Positions 1-10,129 of a stretch of DNA of 20,000 nt are shown one piece after another. Position 1 is the first letter of the stretch, and each line of letters opens with the position of its first letter. Position numbers and translations under genes: made by a program. This DNA is from Catajapyx aquilonaris (Eukaryota), in contig KZ538424.1 in assembly GCA_000934665.2 (NCBI GenBank), forward strand, positions 52,599 to 72,598. The letters run 5' to 3'. Below the pieces are notes generated by a model that worked only from the letters and a program-made list of their open reading frames with translations, was not told where the DNA came from and did not search any database.

Positions 1-26
1 AACTTTTCACAAAAAATTCCCACCCA

Positions 27-2042
27 CTACCAGAGGAATTTATATTCTGGGGGCAAAATCTTTGATTCAGGGTTATCTGATGGTGGAACTTGCAACACAA
101 GTATGGTAGAATTTTGCTTGTGGTTTCTTCTTTCACAGTATTTTCTTGTGATTATCTCAATCAAGAAAGTTAACACTCCAAGACTTGTACCAAAGCCAAG
201 AATTATGAAGGGTCCAAATAGGTGGCTAAAAGTGATTGGTTTCGGGCTATCATCTGTCAGGACTGGTTCAATTACCTTTCCTGTTGCCTTCTCAAACTCC
301 TTTGATTCTGCACGACCCTCTTCAAACATTTCTTTTTTCCATTTTGCCACCAAACCTGTATCTACAGCATAATAAGTAACTCTCTTTAAGGTCTCCTTGT
401 ATGGGACACCTTTGGGGACTCCCCATGCTGTCAACAATGCAAAGGTCACATCATTTGCCTTATACACCAAGCTCTGTTCAAATTTATCCGTAAAGTTTCT
501 CCTGACAGCCAGTTCAATCATAGGTTCATAGGCAATGCAGGCAAACTTTATTTCCAGAGTACGTTGTATGCACTTGCGGGAGTCTTTTTCCAATTCAAGC
601 CTCGAAAAAAGTTTTCGATAGACAGGAGAATTGGATTCTTTCATAACAGTGTATGATGCTCCCCCATCATATTGCAAAGCCCACCTCAAATTTGTGGTGA
701 TTAGCTCTTCAAATGTAACAATGGGTGGATCAGCAAATGGATATGCCAGGAATGTGATTAATTTGCTCTTATAACCTGCCACCAATACAATGGCATACAG
801 CCACCAGAAGGCTGAGAACATGCGTGATGGTGCATCTGTAGATACATCCATTCCTTGCTCCAGAAATGTTTTATAAGTGTAGTCATATGATGTACGTAAT
901 GCAATTTTAGCTTCATTTTCTTTCAAGTATTTTTTTCTTAGAAGTGAAATTAAGTACAGGATGGGTCCTCCCACCATCAAAGACAAAAAAACTAATCCCC
1001 ACATCACGGGTGAGTAAGGCCATCCTATAGCTTCCCATCGGAAAGAAGTTTTTGGATAGGCAGTGACAAAAGAGAGTTGGTCAAAGGTGAAACATTGTGT
1101 GAAATCTATCACAGCTGATCTCTGAATGGTGATGCCAAGTCCAAGAGAAAAGTCTGCATTGCGCTGGTAGACTTCATTCACCATTCCAGTCCATGTACCG
1201 TTGTCCATTTTCAACCCAAAGCCCCCATAAGCAGGTGGGAACAACCATATACTGAGGTTGAGTGCCTCTGCCACTGACTCCAGAAATGGCTTGTGAAAAC
1301 CACCTTTCAAGGTGGTGTCATTTCCCACAACATAATATTGAGTGACCCAATCAACTGGTGCCACTACCACTCGAAATACCTTTCCTTCAAAAGTGAGGGT
1401 GAAGTCTGGGAAGAATGGTCCATTGGCTATAAGTATGTCGTCCTTGTAGGTGCCAATTGTAACAATACCTTCTTCACCACCATGGCAGTAAAAACAAAGA
1501 GACTGAAGCAAGATATCATTCCTACCATCAGCTATAAATGTTGCTCCCAATTTGAATTTGAACTTGTGCACAGCAGGGTGATAAAGAAACTCTATGCTTG
1601 ATCCATTTCGGTTCCACAGGAAGAAGTAGTGGAGATCATGTTTCAGTTTGGTGACTTTCTTTGCCTTTCTAATCAAAACTCGCAGGTTGTGCATGTGGCA
1701 CATTAGGGTGTAGATGGTGCATTGAATGCATACCTGGGGTGGAGGTGTACCGAGGAAGATAGTAAGGGAATGATTTGAGTTTTTTGAGATAATAAGAAAG
1801 TTTTTGTAGGAATCTTGCAACATGGGGATCCAGTCAGCCAAAAATGGGGGTATGACCGTGTCATAGTCATGGAGCAACACAAGAAAACAATTGTTCATTT
1901 TACCATTCCAGATGTGCTTGATCAGAAGCTGGATCACTGTTTTGTCAAGTGTGGCATTAGGCCAAGTGTTCTCTTCCTGAATCACCACTGTTGAAAACAC
2001 AGTTTGTAGCAAGGCAGAGAAAATGAGTATAGCAACACTCAT
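27..2042 (-). CDS. Intronless divergent ionotropic receptor (IR; variant iGluR family), copy A, 671 aa
   Basis: Uninterrupted ATG..TAG ORF with a hydrophobic N-terminus. iGluR/IR order of motifs: S1 (FPD..FEGKVFRVV; NGTWTGMVNEVYQRNADF; ITIQRSAVIDFT), M1 (WGLVFLSLMVGG), pore (FLEQG), M3 (FWWLYAIVLVAGYKSKLITFL), S2, M4 (HLFGPFIILGFG). Lacks SYTANLAAF and a long ATD, consistent with a divergent IR rather than a synaptic iGluR or IR8a/IR25a. Confidence 0.93.
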   Translation of the reverse strand: MSVAILIFSALLQTVFSTVVIQEENTWPNATLDKTVIQLLIKHIWNGKMNNCFLVLLHDYDTVIPPFLADWIPMLQDSYKNFLIISKNSNHSLTIFLGTPPPQVCIQCTIYTLMCHMHNLRVLIRKAKKVTKLKHDLHYFFLWNRNGSSIEFLYHPAVHKFKFKLGATFIADGRNDILLQSLCFYCHGGEEGIVTIGTYKDDILIANGPFFPDFTLTFEGKVFRVVVAPVDWVTQYYVVGNDTTLKGGFHKPFLESVAEALNLSIWLFPPAYGGFGLKMDNGTWTGMVNEVYQRNADFSLGLGITIQRSAVIDFTQCFTFDQLSFVTAYPKTSFRWEAIGWPYSPVMWGLVFLSLMVGGPILYLISLLRKKYLKENEAKIALRTSYDYTYKTFLEQGMDVSTDAPSRMFSAFWWLYAIVLVAGYKSKLITFLAYPFADPPIVTFEELITTNLRWALQYDGGASYTVMKESNSPVYRKLFSRLELEKDSRKCIQRTLEIKFACIAYEPMIELAVRRNFTDKFEQSLVYKANDVTFALLTAWGVPKGVPYKETLKRVTYYAVDTGLVAKWKKEMFEEGRAESKEFEKATGKVIEPVLTDDSPKPITFSHLFGPFIILGFGTSLGVLTFLIEIITRKYCERRNHKQNSTILVLQVPPSDNPESKILPPEYKFLW

Positions 2043-2957
2043 AGTTTTCAGCTCACCATGAATATGCCCTGTTTGTCAGTGGATGCTGAGTGACTCACTG
2101 CAACAGAACAACTGTTTACATGACAAACAAATCTGTTCGTTTTAGCAGTCAGTTGCACAAGTAGCAGTCTTAAAAGATGAATAAATTATTGACAGCAAAA
2201 CCACAAAGGTTGGGCAATATTGATTGCAACATTCTGAGTGCGTGATGATTTTGCTTGTTTCATAATAGATGATGATGCATCCCTTGAAATTGTCCTGAAA
2301 AGCCAACTATCTTACTGTAATTTCAACGTAATTAAAGTTGAATGCACATAAATTCAGGCAACAAGTGCATTTTATTTGCCATTAAATATATATATTGTGA
2401 CTTGACATGTAACTATAGATATATGGTAGGTGTTACAGAGGTAATAATACAAACATTACTTGCAGAATAATTATATTAGGTTCATGAAAAATCCATGTGA
2501 CGTTTGGAGTCATAGAGGTTCTGCCTGGTACTTTGTCATTGTCATTGCTGTATTTGTGGCTAATAAATGTGGCATGTTATTTTCTTTGTTTTTACAGACT
2601 GTGCTTTTCTTTCCATCTGAAATATATCCTATGACATAATAATATTATGTGCAACAATTTGAAGGGGAAATAGGTACCGTATATAAAATACAGATGTCTT
2701 GGGGTGGAATTTAAGGAATATGAGCGATTGCATGTGTGATAACTTGCCTACATTTCATAATGATATTAAAAGCATAATCATTTTGGCATTAATTAATTAA
2801 TTTGTGGATTGTTACTAATGCCAATATATGCCAAAATTAAAAATAAATCTGAATTAATACAACATGAAGCCCAATTTTTTTATATTCCAATATTCTGAAA
2901 TATAGAGTAATATATTCTGAAATATAGATAGAAATTGTGTAATAATTATATGTTATT

Positions 2958-3067
2958 TTGAGAGGTGTCATTCTGTAGGTCGTAACGAGGTGGCCAGGTA
3001 TAACCTGGTCACCGCTGGCTACCCCTTTATGGGAATTAAGCCGCGATGTAATGTAATGTAATGTAAT
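2958..3067 (+). mobile_element. 5'-truncated non-LTR retroposon (LINE/SINE 3' end) with (ATGTA)4 tail
   Basis: Flanked by an exact 13-bp direct repeat ATTATATGTTATT (2945-2957, 3068-3080). Internal hairpin GGTGGCCAGG/CCTGGTCACC, then CCGCTGGCTACCCC..GGGAATTAAGCCG, then a pentamer tail at 3046-3065. Confidence 0.7.
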
Positions 3068-4424
3068 ATTATATGTTATTGGAGAATTAAAATTATTGCA
3101 AAGCAACCAAGAATGATTACCAACATAGACAAGAAAATCAAGCAATTCTGAAGCAACATTATTATCCACCCTTGTTCTAACTTGGTGGCATAAAGGCCAT
3201 TGAAAGCATTGTGATAGAACATCTCAAAACCCAGCTCTCTATCCTGGACAACTTTTGACAATATAGTATCTGAGGAGATTCTGACGTCAAAATTACATTG
3301 ACAATTAATAATTATTACATGAAGATATGATTGCATCTGATTCTCTGACCACCATACAGTTTTTCTTAGCAGTTGCTCAGAATAATGCATGCAGGTGACT
3401 ACTCCATGGTTGTAAATAAGGGACATGATATGAGTTATGAATGAAGGCATATGCCAATCATGACTCAGGAATATGGCAAATCATGCAACTGTTGCATGTC
3501 AAGTTCATACTTTACAATGTAATGAATTAACAAGTGATTCTTGCAGACAGTCGTGTAGGCCACTTATCACGTCAGCAGCCTTCTCATATGCTATGACAAC
3601 ACATAGGCCTATCTCATAAAAAATACATGTTTCTGCAACTTGTTGCTCTTTTAATAATAACAATGATGATAATTATGATGATGATGACAATAATAACACC
3701 AATAATTGCATGTCATGCTTACCAATTTCTAGGGCAATAGAACATGACGTATAATTTTTAATACAGCCTGCTATTATAATTGGTTCTTTTTCATGGTAAG
3801 TAAGGGGCAGATAAGTGGGAGAAGTTGAAAGTGCTTTACCATGTTTTATTGGATTATTTTCCTCTGGCTTTGCGTGCCAATGTTCATCTTTCATTGATTG
3901 CTGATATCGGCACTAGCATCCTTAAAATATCAATATTTAGTGAGCAACAGCTTTGAGGGTGGCAATTGGATATTCAAACATAATGAGATAAGGGGATGTG
4001 CGCCATATGTTGGGACTTACTGGATGAATTTAGCTGATCAATCAGGATATAACTTAGTTCCATGTACTGGTAACTAAGTTAGGCCACATACTTGTAGGTC
4101 ACATTGCAGGTTAATTTTTATTTTTGTGCTTAAGTAGAACACACCTATTTTATCACAAACAATATACTTCTCTGTATATTTTGATTTGGTTATTGCGGCA
4201 GCCAAGGCAACTAATAAGGCCATGATGTATGGGAGTGATAGGGAAAGGAAGATTTTTAGACAGTCGGTGGAAATGGGATGACTCTGTCTGAGCACTGAGA
4301 GAACCTTCCAAAACTATTTCCATATAGCAAAATATTTTTCCCAACATGGGGACTGAACTGGGCACTGGGCATCTATGAAGTTAAATTTATTGTTCCATAC
4401 AGCCCCTACATTACCTATGATGTA

Positions 4425-4506
4425 CAGATGCAAGCATAAAAATGTGGACAATAGACCAGAGCTTTTCCTATATGGTCTACCGTCCACATCTTCATGTTCG
4501 CGACTG
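4425..4506. mobile_element. Old 82-bp hairpin/MITE with TA-CAG...CTG-TA ends (Tc1/mariner-like)
   Basis: Left arm CAGATGCAAGCATAAAAATGTGGACAATAGACCA versus right arm reverse complement CAGTCGCGAACATGAAGATGTGGACGGTAGACCA. TA on both sides. Degenerate. Confidence 0.45.
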
Positions 4507-6127
4507 TACCTGTAATGTATTGGTTGTTACCACCACATGGCACTCATTAAATAAGCATATTTTAGGTAAGCATACTCCAATATCATTGGAATTTTAAGTT
4601 AGTTATATCAGCAGCTGGTTACATTGATTATTAAAGGATACAAGGTGATGACCACATTAACAGTGCAAAGAGATATTAACTTGTCTTACTTGAAGACCCT
4701 TACTAGAGTGTAACAAAGTTGCCTGCATGCTCCTACACTGCAGTGGGTGTAACGTTACAATAAGAGTTAAGAACTTAACGTAATTAATTAGTATGCAGGA
4801 AACCAAAGAAAGTTTTGTTGCAGTTTCTCAGTTGATCCCACAGCTTGAACTTCCAAAAGTTAAAGCACTCAAACTGCTGGCCTTGGAAGATTTTCTTGTG
4901 GTCCACCTCCAGCATAAATGGAAATAAAAATATCTGTAAGGCACTATATTGTGTGACAATATGCCATCCTTGTCACTCATTATACTGTATCACTTTTCAT
5001 AAACTGTCCCAGAATGTAGAAATTTAGAATGAATCTTAATTACTTTTGATTTACGAATGTTTTCATTTGCTGCTGTTTATTAATAGAGTGGTAGTAACGT
5101 TGTGAGATACGGCCCCCACTGGGGGGACATTGTAGTCATGTCATTGGCCAGCCAAGGTGGGAGTGCAAGGTAAAATCTTGGCTCCTGGCTTTAGCTGGTT
5201 GCACTGCTGCTATCAGGAAACCTGTTCTTGCTGGAGAAATGGCAGAAGGATGAAAAATTCATTGTTGCATTATTGACAATGAATTTTTCCATTTTCCTCT
5301 AACCTTTCCAGCATACAAATTTCCTTGCAGATATGCAACGAGACCTGGCTATTTTTCTCTTTTTCTGTAGGGAGTGTCTGGGCAGACTACGATTCCCTTC
5401 TCCATCCAGGGCCATGAGAAAGGGTCTGGTGCATTAAAGATGGTCAACAATATATTACTCGACTATTCATAAGTGCCTCCCATGGGAGAATCCCCCCCAA
5501 ATTTGAGCAACTGTATTAGTCATGAGCAGTCAAATAAGAGCTTGTCCTCGACTTTAAAAGAAGCATAACATAATACTAATAACAGTGGTAAGCATGAATA
5601 TTTTTTACATCCCCTCCTCAAAGAAAGCAGCTTATTATTTTCGAGGAATCTACTAATACATGCGGAACTGAAAACTATTGTCAGTGTAGAAATAGTGGCT
5701 CTGACCATTTTCATTACCCATCAAAATTACATGTTAGAATTACTGCATATCTGACCATCATTGTCTTTGGAAGAAAAAAAATGCATAACTTTTCTTTACT
5801 TTTGAAAGGACAAGATTGCTCCCTGGCAAGTGACGATTTGTGTTGTGGGAATATTTACACTTAAACAAATATAAATAATTATACTCCCCTCTAGGAAGGC
5901 GGAGTGGCACTGTGGTAGCAAGTTTGATTACAAGCCTGGTTCATCCCCCTTTTCATCTTGTGTCAAGTTGGTTCATCTCTGGTGTTGTGTTAGGTGAGAT
6001 TATTTGAGATTTAACCACCCAGAGAAACACACAAAATGACCCTTAAAGATATTGCACATTCACCTACACTTCCCCTCCCTCTCACCCATGCCTCTGCACC
6101 TGGGTGATTCTCAAGAAAGTTCAAACA

Positions 6128-6236
6128 AGTACTATATCGCTCAAAAACATAAAGATGATTTTGCATTTGATTCAAGTGCAGGCTGCACTTGAGTCAACTG
6201 CAAAATCGTCTCTAGGTTTTTGAGCGATATAGTACT
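6128..6236. repeat. 109-bp near-perfect palindrome (probable miniature fold-back element)
   Basis: 54-bp arms (6128-6181 and 6183-6236) with 5 mismatches and a 1-nt spacer. The outer 21 bp AGTACTATATCGCTCAAAAAC are perfect. Confidence 0.9.
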
Positions 6237-6435
6237 ACTGTATGTAAATAATGTGCAATAGAACAACAACTGCAGCAACAACAACAGCACCCTCTTGAAC
6301 CAGAGATGTGGGCAGAGCACCATCCTTCACTTCTATGAAAGTGATGCATTTAATAACTATACAATGAAAATTTGAGTGCAATCTAGTGCTTGCACTATGC
6401 GAGAGTTAGTGCCCCACACTTTTACCTCCCATCTA

Positions 6436-6997
6436 CCGTATTACCTCTCATATTGCGGCATGCCGGTGTAGGCGAGGTCAACCAGTTTTTAGAAATGCAT
6501 GATCTGGTGGCTATACCGGCATGCCGGTATAAGGCGAGGTTTTCACATAAGTTAGTACATTATCCTTTCCGAACTTGACATTTGCCTGAAAATCGAAATT
6601 CACGTAAAGGCTATCGAAAAGGCACATTTTCCAAATAGGGTACAATATTATTGTTTTCTATCTCAGTGTTTGGCAATAATCTATATTTAAACAGTATGTT
6701 GGAGCAGGGGGTTCCCCTGTCAAAGCAGGCTGACGATGGGATATGGTCATACACGCTACATTTTTAAAATGCACTGTGCAACAAAACTGACATATTCTCA
6801 CAGCCTGTACACTCGCCCATTTTCATTGTAACATTATTTTAGTATGGTACCAGAAGCATTCCAAAAAATTTGCCAAGAATAAAAAATTACGGAAATCTAC
6901 CTCGGTTATTGCCGCATGCCGGACACCCCCGGGTTATACCGGCATGCTGGTCGACCTCGTTTTATACCAGCGTGCCGCAATATGAGAGGTAATACGG
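6436..6997. mobile_element. Tc2/pogo-like MITE (562 bp)
   Basis: Perfect 25-bp TIR CCGTATTACCTCTCATATTGCGGCA that extends imperfectly to about 50 bp. TA TSD (6434-6435, 6998-6999). Subterminal (CC)GGCATGC(CGG) repeats. CCGTA termini with TA TSD are typical of the Tc2 group. Confidence 0.85.
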
Positions 6998-7076
6998 TAT
7001 TGCAAAACCACTCCAGTGATAAATATTGTTGCAATATTGTAAAGAGCTTTGTGTTACACATTTAAAAAACCTGTGG

Positions 7077-9146
7077 CTACCACAGAAAATGGGGGACTGT
7101 GGCGAACTTTTTGGATTGAGGATAACTTGACGTGTCAATGTGCACAATTATTTTTGCTGGGATTATTTTGTGCTTGTTAGTTTTCCCAGAGTTCGTGCCC
7201 CTACATTTACCTGTGATCACTTCACAGAGGACGCTGAGCAGACCAAGACCTGAACCTATTCCCAGGATGAGAAAAGGTCCAAGTAGATGGGTGAGTGTGA
7301 TAGGTGTGGGGGATTCATCAGTCAGGACTGGTTCTATCACCTCGCCTGTAGCTTTCTCTTTCTCCTTGCCTTCCACTCGAGCCTCATCCATCATCTCTTT
7401 GTACCACTTTGCCACCAGACCTGCTCCAACTGCATAAAACGAAACCCTTCTCAGCGTCTCCTTGTACGGTACACCTTTTGGAACACCCCATGCTAGCTGC
7501 AGAGGAAATGATAGTGCTGGAGATTTGTACACTATACTGTTTTCGAATTTATCAGTGAACTTTCGGTTAACCATCAGCTCGATCACAGAAACATAGGCAA
7601 TGCAGGCAAACTTGATATCCAACACACGGTTTATGCATTTAATAGCATCTTCTTCCAGTTCCAGACGAGAGAACAGCTTTCGATATATAGGAGAATCAGA
7701 TTCTTTCAGAATGGTATAAGAGGCTCCTCCATCATATTGAAGAGCCCATCTGTAATCAGTAGTGATTAGGCTTTCAAAAGCATCGATGGGTGGATCAGAA
7801 AATGGAAATGCCAGGAATGCTATTAGCTTGCTTTTATACCCTGCCACCAATACGATGGTGTACAGCCACCAGAATGCAGAGAACATGAGTGCAGGAGGTT
7901 GTGTAGCTATCTCTCCTCCTTGTTCCAAAAATGCCATGTATGTGTAATCACATGCAGCACGGAGTGTGGCCTTCTTATCACTTTCATTACAATATCGCTT
8001 TCTTAGCCACATTATGAAGTAAAGCGTAGGTCCTGCTGCCACCAAGGACAAAAACACCAATCCCCACATTTCAATAGTATATGGCCATGCTATAGCTTCC
8101 CATCTGAAATGTGCTGATGGATAGGCAGTCACAAAGGTCAAATACTCAATGGTGTATGGTTGGGTGAAGTCAACCACAGCTGATCTCTGCATGGTGATTC
8201 CAAGGCCAGTAGAAAAGTCAGCATTACCTCTGTAGAGCTCTCCCACCATCCCCAACCAAGTCCCATTGTCTGCTTTCAAACCAAAACCCATGTCAACTGT
8301 GTGAAACACATGAGGTTTAAAATTCAGGGATGCCGCTACCGATTCCAAAAGAGGCTTGTGAAAACCACCTTTCAACACAGTCTTGTTGTCCACTTCCACT
8401 GTTTGAATGGCCCAATCGGCTGGACTCAACACTACCCGAAGAAGCTTGCCTTCAAAAGTGCGCGTCAAATCCGGAAAGAGAGGCTTGTTCTCCACGAGTT
8501 CTTCATCCTTGAATGTGTCAACTGTAATAATGCCTTCTTCTCCCCTGTGGCAATAAAAGCAGAGAGACTGAAGTTGGACTTCAGTCTCATGTTCATTTAC
8601 AAATGTCGGCATCAATTTGTATTTCAATGGGTGCACTACGGGGTGGTTCAGAAACTCAACACTCGATCCATTTCTGTTCCACAAAAAAAAATAATGGACA
8701 TCATGTTTCAGTTTTGTACTGTCTCTGGCCTTCCTAATTAGAGCTCGCAGGTTGTGGATGTAACAGATGATGCCGTAGATGGTGCAGTGGGTGGCCTCTT
8801 GTGGTGCAGGTGTACTGCGGAAGAGACTGTATGACGAGATGTTTGAGTTGTGCGAGAGGATCAGTACATTCTTGTATGAATCTTGCCATTCAGGGATCCG
8901 GGCAGACAAAACAGGAGGGACATCAGTTTTGTAGTCATGAAGCAGCACCAGCAAGCAGTCATCCATCGTGCCATTCCAGATGTGCTCAGTCAGGATCCGA
9001 ATCACTGTTTCATCTTGCATGGGATTTTGCGAAAGGTATGGGTCCTCATCTTCAACCACTATGGTGGCTTGAAGTGGGAGCACAGCAACCACGAAAATGA
9101 TAACAGATCCAATCATTCTCCGCTCAGCACTACAAATGCCGTCCAT
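7077..9146 (-). CDS. Intronless divergent ionotropic receptor (IR), copy B, 689 aa from first ATG (679 aa from ATG at 9116)
   Basis: Colinear paralogue of copy A over its whole length (e.g. LQSLCFYCH.GEEGI, GGFHKP.LESVA, QRSAV.DFTQ, FSAFWWLY.IVLVAGYKSKLI, RWALQYDGGASYT, WGVPKGVPYKETL). The ORF-track start at 9188 is TTG. The first in-frame ATG is at 9146; the ATG at 9116 aligns with the start of copy A. Confidence 0.93.
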   Translation of the reverse strand: MDGICSAERRMIGSVIIFVVAVLPLQATIVVEDEDPYLSQNPMQDETVIRILTEHIWNGTMDDCLLVLLHDYKTDVPPVLSARIPEWQDSYKNVLILSHNSNISSYSLFRSTPAPQEATHCTIYGIICYIHNLRALIRKARDSTKLKHDVHYFFLWNRNGSSVEFLNHPVVHPLKYKLMPTFVNEHETEVQLQSLCFYCHRGEEGIITVDTFKDEELVENKPLFPDLTRTFEGKLLRVVLSPADWAIQTVEVDNKTVLKGGFHKPLLESVAASLNFKPHVFHTVDMGFGLKADNGTWLGMVGELYRGNADFSTGLGITMQRSAVVDFTQPYTIEYLTFVTAYPSAHFRWEAIAWPYTIEMWGLVFLSLVAAGPTLYFIMWLRKRYCNESDKKATLRAACDYTYMAFLEQGGEIATQPPALMFSAFWWLYTIVLVAGYKSKLIAFLAFPFSDPPIDAFESLITTDYRWALQYDGGASYTILKESDSPIYRKLFSRLELEEDAIKCINRVLDIKFACIAYVSVIELMVNRKFTDKFENSIVYKSPALSFPLQLAWGVPKGVPYKETLRRVSFYAVGAGLVAKWYKEMMDEARVEGKEKEKATGEVIEPVLTDESPTPITLTHLLGPFLILGIGSGLGLLSVLCEVITGKCRGTNSGKTNKHKIIPAKIIVHIDTSSYPQSKKFATVPHFLW

Positions 9147-9960
9147 TCGAAGCGACTGCAAGTTAAGAGCTTGCCAGTTGCGTGCCAAATGATAATAGGA
9201 AAGCTGTTTAAAAAGTGAGCAAGTTTGATCATCTAATAAGTGTCCACCTGGGTGATATTTTTAGGAGATTAAACGATTGAGAACTGAGCAATATGGTTAA
9301 AATTGATTGCTGCATTAGGTACACCTGGTGCTTCTCAGGCTACATAAAAGATGATGTTCTCTTTGAACTGCTGCGGCAGAATGAGGGCAGCTTTGATCCT
9401 GGAATTGACTGATATTCTGGTGATGTCATTACAAGCAATTTTTTATGAACGTGTCACACTTTATATCTGCAACACAAGGCGATTTATATTGACTCGGACA
9501 AACTCATACATCAATCTCTCATACTGAAATGGCATTCATCATGTAAAAGAATACATACAGGAGACCATGAATAAGGAATTGTAATATCAACACTTGGGAG
9601 TTACAAGTGACATGTCCCATTTATTGGTATTCGTTTTATATCTTACATTTGCTGCATGGAAACATCTGAAAATACAACCTTGCAAAACTGTGTGGTCCTG
9701 CAAGACAGAGAGTGTGACATACACACAATACTTGTAAAATACCAAAGCGTTTTTCACTGTTATCTGAGGGGTTGGCCACTCACATTATCATAAACTTGGT
9801 CACATAATCACATAGGTTCCACTGTATCCCTATGGAAAATTATCAGGTGTACACTTCACAGGAGTGGCCAATCCCTTGTTGTTACCACAATGAGATAAAG
9901 GTATACACAGAAGGAAATGTCAAGGTACTTGTTTTCTTGTGATTAATCTCGCTTTTTTAA

Positions 9961-10079
9961 CCCTCAAGTACTTGCAGTGGTGCTAAATCAGCACCCCAAC
10001 TTTTTTACTTTCATTGCAACTATAAAATTTTGGTATAATTTTTTAAAAACATAATATGGTACCTGTAAATCCCCCCCCC
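9961..10079. mobile_element. Possible left end of a piggyBac-like element running into the assembly gap
   Basis: TTAA (9957-9960) followed by CCCTCAAGTACT and a small hairpin GGTGCT-AAATC-AGCACC. No partner TIR is visible. Confidence 0.3.
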
Positions 10080-10100
10080 NNNNNNNNNNNNNNNNNNNNN
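10080..10100. other. Assembly gap (21 N) after a C9 run
   Basis: Directly visible. The true gap size is unknown. Confidence 1.
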
Positions 10101-10129
10101 AATTTGAAGATAACATGCTAAATGTTTTA

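Noticed and set aside
3076..3894. Possible decayed Tc1 transposase or third IR (KTVWWSE, YEIGL..A..K fragments on the minus strand)
   Set aside because: Only faint motif-level resemblance to Tc1 and none to IRs. A frameshift-aware translated search would be needed.
5895..5950. Degenerate tRNA-like heads here (+) and at ~14101-14148 (-)
   Set aside because: Partial A/B-box resemblance only; no definable body, tail or TSD.
103..9218. Plus-strand ORFs overlapping the IR genes, some similar to each other (103-372 vs 7132-7437)
   Set aside because: Antisense shadows of the paralogous IR coding sequences.
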